Origin: Octopus sinensis
Taxonomy: Eukaryota
Assembly: GCF_006345805.1 (NCBI RefSeq)
Contig: NC_043013.1
Location: 28,272,001-28,336,000, forward strand
Direction: 5' to 3'
DNA length: 64,000 bases
In this document: one piece after another, positions 24,807 to 35,777 of the stretch
Layout: each line of letters opens with the position of its first letter
How positions within the stretch are numbered: the first letter of the stretch is position 1
Notes under the pieces: model-generated
The model's database searches: none
Told to the model about the DNA's origin: nothing
Seen by the model: the letters and a program-made list of their open reading frames with translations, nothing else
Translations under genes and position numbers: made by a program

Positions 24807-26691
24807 TTAAAATAACAAAAGGAAAAGGAAACTGAAATACAGAAATAGAAATTCAATAATCTAGAGTTAAGCTAAAATTTACTGCACAAGATTGCTTGAA
24901 ACAGCATCTAAGAACACCAAAGACATTCTTATTGGGAGACAGTAAATCTTAGAGAGCTCAGCATCAGTGTTTTAACAACCACCTTTTCATGCTTGCATGA
25001 GTCAAACAGAATTTGTTAAAGCATACTTTCTACAGTCAGATGCTCTTCCTGTCACCAACCCTTACTTATTTCCAAACACCATAATATTTTCCCACTTGTA
25101 TGATGGTGACGCTCATTTACAGCTATTGTACAATGACAAGACGAGAAGATACAAACACACATATCTCTCAATACCATCCCTCTCTCCATATATATATATA
25201 TGTCATGTAATACAAACAGAATTAAAACATGAGCCACTAGTAGTTTCATGCTGTGGAAACACTACAATTTATACAACACTACAGATTTATATAACAAGCC
25301 ATGTGTCTCCCAGCAGATTATATAAAATCAGGTTCACAAAGCTGGTCTTATTTGAAAAACAGGATACTGGTCTCTTTTTTGTATATATAAAGCCAAAGTT
25401 ACAGCTATGCTCCAAATACACAAAAACACATATACAAACACGCATGATGGGTATATTTTTTTCTTCAATTTCTGTCCACTAAATCCACTCACAATACTTT
25501 GGTTAGCCTGAGACTTTAGTGGAAGACTCTTGCTCAAGGTGTCATGCGTTAGGACTGAACCTAAAATCACACAGTTGGGAATTGAATTTCTCAACCACAT
25601 AAACATGCCTCTACCTATTATCACCCATAGCTGCATCTTATTAACTCAGTTCAAACTAATATTGTCTGCTTCACCAATTAACTGAAAGTTAAAAGCTTAA
25701 TATTTTACATGGGTGTATGAAATTGAGTAGACACAACCCACCCACCCCCTGCCCGAAACACCCAATAAATTCATAAAAATATAAAAGCAAATAAATAAAT
25801 TACAAAACATGTTTTTAAATGCAAAAAATAAATAAATAGATAAAACATACAGAGTAACAAACAAATGAAATATTTTCTAAAGAAACTTCAGGTCTTATGT
25901 TGTAATGTACACGAAGTTGACAACAAAGTGTTTGACTCTCTAGGAGGTGCGAAAAAAATATTAATGATTTGGGAATAAATCTGCTTTAAGAAACAAATTG
26001 TAACAAATACTTTATTGCATTTAGCCTACTTCATTATATCACGCTGACAAGACAAGCTGAATAAAGCATTTTAATTGATAACAAATTCAATGGAAAACCA
26101 TTACCAAAACATTACTAATTCAAAGTCATTGGACTGTATATAATAATATATATAAAACCATCATGTCCTCTTTTCCATGCTGTCATGGGTTGGACGGTTC
26201 AACATGAACTAACAACCCAGAGAGCTTCAATGAGTGCTTTGTCATGGTTTGTACACCTGGATGCCCTTCCTAACAGCAACCACTTTTCAGAGTGTACTGG
26301 ATGCTTTTTTTTCATGCCCCCCCCCCCAAGTACCCACAACGCCCTACAAGTGAGTAGGGTATAGTACTGAGGGACATGAAAGTATGATAATGGAAGGCAA
26401 GAGCAGGCATTTTACTGAAGTGCCATGTATGAAATTCTTGGCTTTTGAGACACTGTCATTCTTATTGATTAAAATAATAGCAAAAATGATAACAGTTTCA
26501 AATTTTGGTACAGGGTGAGTAATTTTGAGAGAAGGTGGGGTAAGTCAGTTACACTGACCCCAGTACTTATTTTATCAAACCCGAATGGAAGAGAGGTGAA
26601 GTTGACCTCAGTGGAAAATCAGCATAAACCCAAAAGAAATGCCATAGAGCATTTTGCCCAGCATCCTAACAATTCTGCCAGCTTGCCACCT

Positions 26692-26722
<31 letters not shown>

Positions 26723-27369
26723 AAGCCTTTATACTATAGGCACAAGGCCTGGAAATTTGATGGAATGCTCAACAGGTAGTTACCTAATTGACCCAGAAAG
26801 GGATAAATTTGAACTCAGAATATAAGGACATAAGAAATGCTGTTAAGCATTTTGTCTGGCATGTTAATGATGCAGCCAGGTTGCCATATAAAAGATAATA
26901 ATAATAATAATAATATGTATATATATAAATACACACACACACACACAGATAGACAGGCGTGGATGGACAGATGGGCAGACAGACAAACAGATATTGATGA
27001 TTTTTCATTAGATTGATTTCTTGTACTTTGTATCACTTCAATTGACTTTTGATATGAAAAGAATTTTTAGTTTTATCCCCACCCCACCTCACCACCAGAC
27101 ACATTAAGAAAAAAGGCAAACTACCTAAATAGAATTATTGCATAGGGCCATCGGTTCATGGGTTGTAAGTTTATTTCCACTACAAATGTTTTATGTCAGG
27201 TTACTCTACTGACAACATGTAAATCAATACATCCTGTTACATTGTTGGGTTTTTGGTGATTAAACTGGCATACCCACCAGATTGGCCAAGTGAGGTCAAA
27301 TACAGACTAGTCAAAAGGACAGATGAACCCAGCATAGGGGGTAACAATTGTCTAACAATAGTGTATATA

Positions 27370-27597
27370 TTTCTTTACTACCCACAAGGGGCTAAACACA
27401 GAGGGGACAAACAAGGATAGACAAACAGATTAAGTCGATTAGATCGACCCCAGTGCGTAACTGGTACTTAATTTATCGACCCCGAAAGGATGAAAGGCAA
27501 AGTCGACCTCAGCGGAATTTGAACTCGGAACGAACGACAGACGAAATACGGCTACGCATTTCACCCGGCGTGCTAACGTTTCTGCCAGCTCGCCGCC
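27370..27597 (-). mobile_element. tRNA-derived SINE family B, young full-length copy
   Basis: Reverse complement of ggcggcgagctggcagaaacgttagcacgccggg...gagttcaaattccgc...gtcgactttgcctttcatcctttcggggtcgataaattaagtaccag. tgtata on both flanks is a possible TSD. Older copies at about 13290, 17880, 18690, 22140, 26500, 30520, 36285, 57500. Confidence 0.9.
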
Positions 27598-27599
27598 TG

Positions 27600-28070
27600 T
27601 ATAGAGATGTAGACATATTTGGGAAGATAATGAAAAACATTGTAAGGCCACACTGAAATCTTTAAGTTTTACATCGGTGTATCTCCAAAAGACATTGATG
27701 CAAAGCCTAGGGATCATTAATTTAGGACCATCCTCAACTAAAAATGAGCCAAGACAAAACAACGCTATATGTACATTGCAAAATGCCTGATCAACGAAGA
27801 CAATGTATGTTTGAGGTTCCAAGTGGTGTATAATATCACATGCAACAAATGTAAAGAATTCTGCATTGGAAAAAACCATCAGATGAGTACACATATGGGT
27901 TAAAAGAACACCTTTATTCTTATGCTTCTTCCATCAAAAAATACCTATGGGAATGCCACACGCAAAACATCCAGGTTTCTATTGAAGCTACAGAATGAAA
28001 CATTGGGAACATACAAATAAAAGAAGCCATCTTAATTAGCAAGACCCCCCCAAATATTAACAACTGAACA
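27600..28070 (+). pseudogene. Penelope-like element GIY-YIG endonuclease remnant
   Basis: 27781 onward reads VCLRFQVVYNITCNKCKEFCIGK, then after a frameshift LKEHLYSYASSIKKYLWEC...IKEAILISKTPPNIN. This gives the VVY..CxxC..xIG, KEH, EAxxI and PxIN landmarks. Truncated on the left by a SINE. Confidence 0.8.
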
Positions 28071-31000
28071 GAGGTGTGTGCAGTTGACTGGCTACTAAAG
28101 CAACATTATCTTGTGCATGTAAAGCAACCCTTCATATAAACACACTACAGAATAGAGAAGTCAGCTCAGAAAACCATTTCTCTGAAGATTTCCTGAAGGA
28201 GTTTTAACCCTGATATATTGACATACAAGATAAAACTACAAACTATCAACTTATATTATGTCTTATAACTGGCATTGTTTTGGCTTTCTTAAAAAAAATA
28301 TAAAACACGTGTATGTGTGTGTAAATATATATGTATAAACTATGACAATCAATCTTAGTGATATGTTGATGTCTATACCCTATGGGACCAACCATATGAG
28401 TGTTTTGAACAATCTCTACAACAGGGCACAATCCTCTATTTTCTCTTGCCTTTCCATGATCCACACCCACTAACTCTCACATCAATCAGTATAAGTTGAC
28501 AGGAAAGAACTGGAAAAAAAAAATAACAAAAAAAAAACAAAGAAAAAACAGGATGATTAAATGAAAAAGTGGTGGTGGTGATGTTGATGGTAAAGTAGGG
28601 TGGTATTCGAAAAGGGTTTCACTGCAATTTCTTGCAGGTCAAGTAAGCACATAGAGAATTCATCATTAGCTGGTGTTGCTTGTAGTAATGGTGGTGGTAC
28701 TAGTTTTGGTCACTATGTAACTATTTGACGAGGATATTTCTGAGCGCTAAAGACCAAATATTAATGTTTCTAATTAAATGGTTCTTTTTTTGTTGTTGTT
28801 GTTCAGACAGTTTTTGTTTTTTTATAATAAACGTAGAGATCACAATATGACTAAATGAATATAAAATAAAATATAATTAAATAAATAGAATAAAATAAAA
28901 GAAATCAATGATGAGTTATGAGGGGGGGAAAAAATCAATCTTTTAAATGAGATTGAATAATAGTACTGCTAAATGGCGAAATAAAGGGAACAATTTAGGA
29001 ACAATAATGCTTGTAGAGTGATGTTCACTAGATTAAGATTAACCTTATACAACAAAAATTAGCTGTTTAGTTGTTTATGTATGTAATCATAGTAAGGGAT
29101 TCTTTTGATTAGGTACAAAACCAGTTTTCGGGGAAGAGGTAAACACTCTGTTTCTCCCTTTATGCTCATGCTTCTTTCACCTTCTTTCCTAATTCATCTT
29201 TCATTATTGGCCCCTTTTTTGTTCACTCTCTTTGTTAGATTGCACAGAACAAATGGAGACTACATGAAATTGGTGAGGTATCTTTAGCCTTTCAGGATAC
29301 ATGGCAACCTCACTAGTGCTGGTGTCATGACGAAATGCACTTGGTACCTGTGTTTAAGTGGATGGAGGATGAGAACAGATAACACAGGGTCAAGAGGACC
29401 CATTAGTCTCATAGAGTACATGACTACCTCTTTGATGCTGGTGCCACAATCAAATGCATCCAATACACACTGAGATTCTTGATGTTAGAAAGAGCATCAA
29501 GCTGTAGACCCCCATAACAAAAGTAGAATATACAAGTGAGACTTGATCTTTTGACTCATCTTGGAGGATATTAATTCCAAATTAGAACACTGACCATAAT
29601 GACATATCCACCTCATACCAACATAGAATGCAGATGTAAAATCGTCGTGGTGGTGGCGATGGTAATAATGATAATATCACAGTTCCCTGAATTCTTGTTG
29701 TTTAAACCCAGATCAACACTGATCAAGCAAAAGAAAAAAACTATGATCAAAAGCATTCCTCCATTGGTATGTAGGAAGACTATCTAATGAGGTCCTTATT
29801 TTTGGTGGTAGGGTTTAATTTCAGGGAAGTTTGGCTGCTAACTCTAGTAGGTAAAACAACTATGTGGTGGCTCCTTCTTTTTGGTTCAAGTTCATTGAAT
29901 TGCTTGGAATCCTTTGGAATGTTATTTATGACAGACGGGCATCTTATCCAGGGGGACATTTACCTCTCCTTCACCTAATAAGACTAAGAAACTGGACTCA
30001 AGTGAGAACCAACATTTTTATAACTATCTCTCCCGCTCTTTCTCTTTCTATCTACTTTCACCTGATATCACTCCTTTCATTTTCCTATCAACCTTTGAGA
30101 AACAATAGGTAAATTAGTCTATGTAGGATCTGAACTTAGTGCAGAGAAATAAGGTCACATTGATAAGACTATACTGAGTATGCATATAGAGAGGAAGGGA
30201 TTTGATTCAAAGAGACAAGCATTTAAAATTAATCCCAATAGCTATGAGATCATGGTTTCGAATTTTAGACATGCTGTGCATTGCATTCTTGAGCAAAACA
30301 CTTCACTTCACATTGCTCCAGTCCACTCCACTGTAAATAAGTAACCCTGCAATGGACTAGCATTCTAACCAGAGATAATGTTGGCCAGCTTGCCTATCCA
30401 GTGGGGTGGTATCATTTGAAAGCTAAAACAAAGTTCATTGTGATCAGTGATGTGTAACAACATCCAATTATCTGGTCAATACCATGATATGTATTGTATG
30501 TGTAATAATCAAATTATATATTCTTTTCTGCTCTAGGCACAAGGTCCAAAATTTTTGGGGAAGGGGCCAATCGATTAGATCAACCCCAGTATACAACTGC
30601 TACTTAATTTATTGACCTCGAAAGGATGAAAGGCAAATTCGACTTTGGAGGAATTTGAACTCAGGACGTAATGACAGACAAAATACCGCTAAGCATTTCA
30701 CCTGGCATGCTAATGTTTCTGCCAGCTCGCGACCTTAATTAAAATATATATTATGCACTTTATTGTATTTTGCTATGCACATGATCCTTCACCCCACCAG
30801 TCATGGAAAAATTGTCTTGCATGAAACTGGTCTGTGGTGCAAAAATGGTTGTGCATCACTGATTCAATTAATTTGTAGTTTATCACCCTTTAAAGCTGAG
30901 CTTATAGGAATCTGAACACAGAATTTAAAGGCATTTTGGTCTTTTGTCCATGAGCTAACAATTTTTCCAAACTGAGAAGTGGAAATCTCTATCATTTAAC

Positions 31001-31909
31001 ATTTGCTTTCCACGCTAGCATGGGTAGGATGATTTGACAAGGGACCAATGAGCTGCAGGGCCAGTGTCATCTTTGGCATGGTTTGTATTGCTGGATGATG
31101 ACTTTCCTAAGTGTTCAGGGTGCTTGTTTTTTGTTTTTTATTTAAATTTTAGTGCCACTGACACCAGTGAGGTTGCAACACAAGAAAAGAACAGCTGTTG
31201 TAGCCTATTAACTAAAATAACGACTTCTTACATAAGCACAAGGCCACAAATTATTTATTCAGGATAGAGAAGCAGGTGGTGCAGTTAAACAATATCAACT
31301 TTCGTACTTTTATTTCATGACTTCAGAAGGATAAAGTCAGAATCGACCTTGATGGTATTTGAACTCAGACCATGAGTCATAGTTAAAAACTGCAAAACGT
31401 TATCTGATGCACTACAAATTTCTGCCAATCCACCACCACCACCACAACCACCATAATTAAAACGATAAGTGTAGAAAGAGATGTAACGAAGAATTACATA
31501 ATTCAGAGTTTGGATAAAAACTAGAACAGACCTCTAGTGACAGAGAAAGAATGAGCTGAGTATTATCTATTTAATATGCAATGTTAATTTATATAGGAAA
31601 CTGAATTTTCAAAACAACTGTATATATATATATATATATATATGCAAAACCATTTACTGAAAATTAATAATATATGCTGGGTTTAAAAACAAGACAACAA
31701 ATATGGATGCATTGTTGTTTTGTCCAGTGTTTCTCATACATACACATACATATATATATATTAACATATATACACATATATATATATACATATATATAAA
31801 TACATATACATATATATACACATATACATATATATATATATACATATATATATATACATACACACATATATACATATACATATATACAAATAGATATATA
31901 TATATACAT

Positions 31910-31952
<43 letters not shown>

Positions 31953-31998
31953 TACATATACATATATACATATAAATATATATATATATATACACATA

Positions 31999-32241
31999 CG
32001 AAGGGAACCTACTTTTCATCGACAACTGTGATTGTCACACGCTGATGAGGGCCAATACCCAGAAACTCGAGTCCGTGTGTATCATAGGTTGAAGACGGGA
32101 AGGATGGCTTCCCTTTGCAAATATTGATAGGACGGAGAAAGTGCCAATAGCCAGCTGGAAAAGGTGTCCTCCTAGGGCTACGAGCTACAGTAGCATCCAC
32201 CCTTAGGGGTTAGCCATATTTAAATGTCAAATATACTTCAC
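31999..32241 (+). mobile_element. About 240-bp hammerhead-bearing insert (Penelope pLTR-like)
   Basis: GC-richer, CpG-retaining island between two TA satellites, containing the hammerhead at 32036-32079. Confidence 0.6.
32036..32079 (+). ncRNA. Minimal type-I hammerhead ribozyme
   Basis: cacacg CUGAUGA GGG-ccaaua-CCC a GAAA C-ucga-G UC cgugug. Perfect 6-bp stem I, 3-bp stem II, palindromic UCGA loop on a 2-bp stem III, GUC site at 32071-73. One extra A before GAAA is non-canonical. Confidence 0.75.
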
Positions 32242-32554
32242 TATATACATATATATATATATATATATACATATATATATACATATATATATGTATATAT
32301 ACATATGTGTATATATATATACACATATGTATATATACATATATATACACATATATATATATATATATATACAAATATATTTACACACACATATATATAT
32401 ACACATATACACATATTTACACATATATATATACATATATATATATACATATATACATATAGATACACATATATATATACATATATATATACATATATAT
32501 GTACATATATATACATATACATACATATACATATATATACATATATACATACAC

Positions 32555-32594
<40 letters not shown>

Positions 32595-32815
32595 TAATAT
32601 ATATATATACATATATGTATACATATATATACATATATATACATATATATATATATACATATATGTATACATATATATATATACATATATGTATAATACA
32701 TATATATACATATATATGTACATATATATACATATACATATATGTATATATACATATATATACATATATGTATATATACATATATATACATATATATATA
32801 CACATATATTTACAC

Positions 32816-32850
<35 letters not shown>

Positions 32851-33047
32851 TATATTTACACATGTATATACATATATACATACACATATATATATACATA
32901 TATATATATATACATACACATATACATATATATATATATACATATTGAAAAAAACAGTAAGATAACAAAAGAAGAAAGAGACCTCGATATTATACAAATA
33001 GAGGAATTTATCTGTAAATGTAATATGTGACAATTATTCGGTAGCCA

Positions 33048-33110
33048 AGATAAAACTCTGAGTTTCGGATGCTGAATTGGAAATCCACGCCACAATCTCT
33101 TCAGTTATTC
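33048..33110 (-). ncRNA. Type-I hammerhead motif, intact core (left arm of fold-back)
   Basis: Minus strand gaauaa CUGAAGA GAUUG..UGGAUUUCCA..GCAUC c GAAA CU-cag-AG UU uuaucu. 4-bp stem I, GUU site, extra C before GAAA. Confidence 0.6.
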
Positions 33111-33249
33111 CGGCCATAGGAAAAATGCTATGAAAAATGACCGTTACTATAGCGGTCATTCAAATAGCTCTTTCATCTTCATAGCGGTCAATATCACAGT
33201 AATTTCCCTTTGTATAACGGTCATTTTTCATAGCATTTTTCCGATGGCC

Positions 33250-33312
33250 GGATAACTGAAGGGTTAGTGGCATGGATTTCCACCTCAGCATCCAAAACTT
33301 GGAGTTTTAACT
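33250..33312 (+). ncRNA. Degenerate hammerhead motif (right arm of fold-back)
   Basis: ggataa CTGAAGG ... catcc AAAAC ttgga GTT ttaact. A9>G and G12>A substitutions, presumably inactive. Confidence 0.5.
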
Positions 33313-33425
33313 TGGCTACCGAATGATTGTCACATATTACATTTACAGATACATATACACATATATGTATACCTCCATATATATATATATATACATATGT
33401 ATATATATATATATTATATATATAT

Positions 33426-33467
<42 letters not shown>

Positions 33468-33502
33468 TACATATATATACATATATACACATATATATAT
33501 AC

Positions 33503-33533
<31 letters not shown>

Positions 33534-33694
33534 CACATATATACATATATACATACATAAATACACATGTATATATACATATATATATATACATATATAC
33601 ACATATATATATATACATATATATATAAATATATACACATATATATATACATATATACACACAAATATATATACATATATATACATACATACAC

Positions 33695-33725
<31 letters not shown>

Positions 33726-33819
33726 CACATATATATACATACACATACCTATATATATATACATATATAGTCATATATATATATACACATTTATATATAC
33801 ACATACATACATATATATA

Positions 33820-34050
33820 CAGTTGCGGCCAAAATGTTCAGAACGGCATTGTTTTCGTCAGAAAAGTAGATATAATTTTTTATCAAAGTTGTTTTATATT
33901 CTATAATTTTCACAGACAATAAATACGATATTATTTGTTATTGCCTGAGATTTTGGTGTAATTTGAGAGGATAATACAAAAGTTATGGATGATTTAGTGA
34001 TTTACTGCAAAACCCATGGCGGCCAAAATGATCAGAACGGTTGAAAAAAT
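33820..34050 (+). mobile_element. Single Tc1-type terminus with two direct repeats (IR/DR-like)
   Basis: ta|cagttgcggccaaaatgttcagaacgg (33820-46) and catggcggccaaaatgatcagaacgg (34015-40), 195 bp apart. Confidence 0.55.
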
Positions 34051-34176
34051 AAGATATATATATATACATAGTAAATCCAAAATAAAAAACGAAGTACAAA
34101 CACAAGAAAAAACAACTTCGAGAGGACATGGTACAAGCTAAGTATTAGCAGACGCTCAAGGAAGGAAAGAAAGGTG

Positions 34177-34210
34177 GTTCTAATTTTCGAGCTAAGCTCT
34201 TCGTTAGAAA
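34177..34210 (-). ncRNA. Degenerate hammerhead motif in a short pLTR-like repeat (about 34085-34284)
   Basis: Minus strand tt CTAACGA A GAGC-tta-GCTC GAAA ATT AGAAC, followed by ttccttgagcgtctgctaatac, which is shared with the 34.8 and 58.5 kb copies. Core G5>A. Confidence 0.5.
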
Positions 34211-34677
34211 CAGGTGACAGAGGAAAGTTCAATTTAATAGGAAGACAGAGGAAAAAAAATCGCCAACGATTCAGATGTGGTTGTACACACACACACACAC
34301 ACATATGTATATATATATACATACATAGATACATTACTTCAGTAAAAAGCACCAAAATTATCACAAATACTGTTTTTGTGATATCTTTACTGCTTATTAC
34401 TCTACTTCTGGTATTGGAGTACCATTTTTTTCCATTTATGAGCTTACTCTATGTGTGTGTGTGTGTGACATGTATGCATATATATATATAAATACATATA
34501 TATACATACATACATGCATATATATACATATATAGATACATACATACACATATATATATATACGTATACATGTGTGTATATATATATATATATTATACAC
34601 ATATATATATACATACATATACATGTGTGTATATATATATATATATATTATACACATATATATATACATACATATAC

Positions 34678-34731
<54 letters not shown>

Positions 34732-34795
34732 ATTCGCTAGCTTTTGCACGCATATTTTTTTCTCTCCTTCTTTCTGTGTTTTTTTTCTCTGTGTA

Positions 34796-34833
34796 TCTTT
34801 CTGTTGAAGAGCGTAGGCTCGAAACGTTAAAGA
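34796..34833 (+). ncRNA. Minimal hammerhead motif, one core substitution, in a pLTR-like repeat (about 34760-34935)
   Basis: tcttt CTGTTGA A GAGC-gtag-GCTC GAAA CG TT aaaga. 5-bp stem I, 4-bp stem II, palindromic AACGTT stem III, A6>U. Confidence 0.6.
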
Positions 34834-34930
34834 CTTGTTTCATTTATATTTCCTGAGCGCCATACTAATACAATTGTTTGTTTGTATTCCACCTGCCTTC
34901 GTCTTTTGTCTATTTTCATAAAGCTTACCG

Positions 34931-34970
<40 letters not shown>

Positions 34971-35629
34971 CACACATTTATGGTAGAGGGGAAGATATGT
35001 CTCCTTGAGAACAGCTGGTTGAGTCCCAGTTCAAACCTGACGGATCAGATCTATAATGAAACGCACGCCAGCTGTGACAATTCTGCCTTATTTTTTGAGA
35101 CATATTGTATCTTTATCCCGAGATTTGGTTGCTATGTCTAGTAATTTCTTTCGTTGACTTATATCTACGTGGGGTATACGCGAAAGAAACAAATAAGGAT
35201 GGGGGGAAAAAAAACTAAGAAAATAGCAGCGAAGTCCAATCTGAGAAAGTTACGTTTCCTAAACGGACGAGAAGACACATGATCAATACGAATGGAGATC
35301 TGCTGAGATGCAGGTCTATCCAAGCATTGCTAGTTTCATAAACAAAGATTATATATAATAAGGAAAAACTTTGAATCAGCTCGTTCTAACTCTGTCACTG
35401 GAATATAACAAAATCTGAAGGAACATATTACATTTCTTTTTTTCGTTGTTACACTCTGCTAAAAGAAATACACCATCAAAAGAAAACTCTGCATGAATTA
35501 AGAGATGAATCTTCAGGTTTGAATTCATCAAACCCAATAATTAAACCTAAGGAATTATTTTGGTAACCCTTCGGAAACTTTCTAGAATTTAACTTCTTCA
35601 GTTTAAATAAAAAAGAAATAGATATCTAA

Positions 35630-35777
35630 ATCGGGTGTGGACACCTTTTCTCTAGAAGCGGGCCGCATGAGACAAGGCCCATCATCAAACAGGCCACACT
35701 ATTAGAATAATTCAAGGTAATCTCTCATCAGGTGTATCATTCAGAAAGTCCCGCGGGCCGCTGGTTGCCCATAACTG
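35630..35777. mobile_element. Old hAT (Charlie-like) MITE remnant
   Basis: cgggtgtggacacc...gcgggccgcatg ... cccgcgggccgctggttgcccataactg resembles hAT MITE ends with subterminal GCGGGCCG motifs. Confidence 0.45.

Larger units (their letters stand above)
33009..33351. mobile_element. Fold-back element with about 140-bp inverted arms, each carrying a hammerhead motif
   Basis: tatctgtaaatgtaatatgtgacaattattcggtagccaaga...aaaatgaccgtta is mirrored by taacggtcattttt...cttggctaccgaatgattgtcacatattacatttacagata. Confidence 0.9.
31620..34960. repeat. About 3.3 kb degenerate TA/TACA satellite with embedded element fragments
   Basis: Long TA-rich runs at 31740-31998, 32242-32942, 33350-33819 and 34480-34728, separated by unique CpG-containing inserts. 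Confidence 0.95.

Noticed and set aside
28175-28230. CTGAAGA/CTGAAGG downstream of the Penelope GIY-YIG remnant as a possible eighth hammerhead (also CTGACGG...GAAAC near 35037)
   Set aside because: No convincing combination of GAAA, stem II, stem III and stem I could be built.
4086-34833. Hypothesis that only antisense-oriented hammerheads stay intact within the putative intron
   Set aside because: The minus-strand motif at 33048-33110 has an intact core, and the plus-strand ones at 33250 and 34796 are mutated. The sample is too small and mixed.
31654-34856. Long ORFs (up to 268 aa) rich in Y/I/T/H/C/V/M in the track, here and at 1.7-2.1, 7.4-8.1, 37.1, 42.3 and 47.8 kb
   Set aside because: They are translations of TA/CA microsatellites, open on both strands because the repeats lack stop codons.
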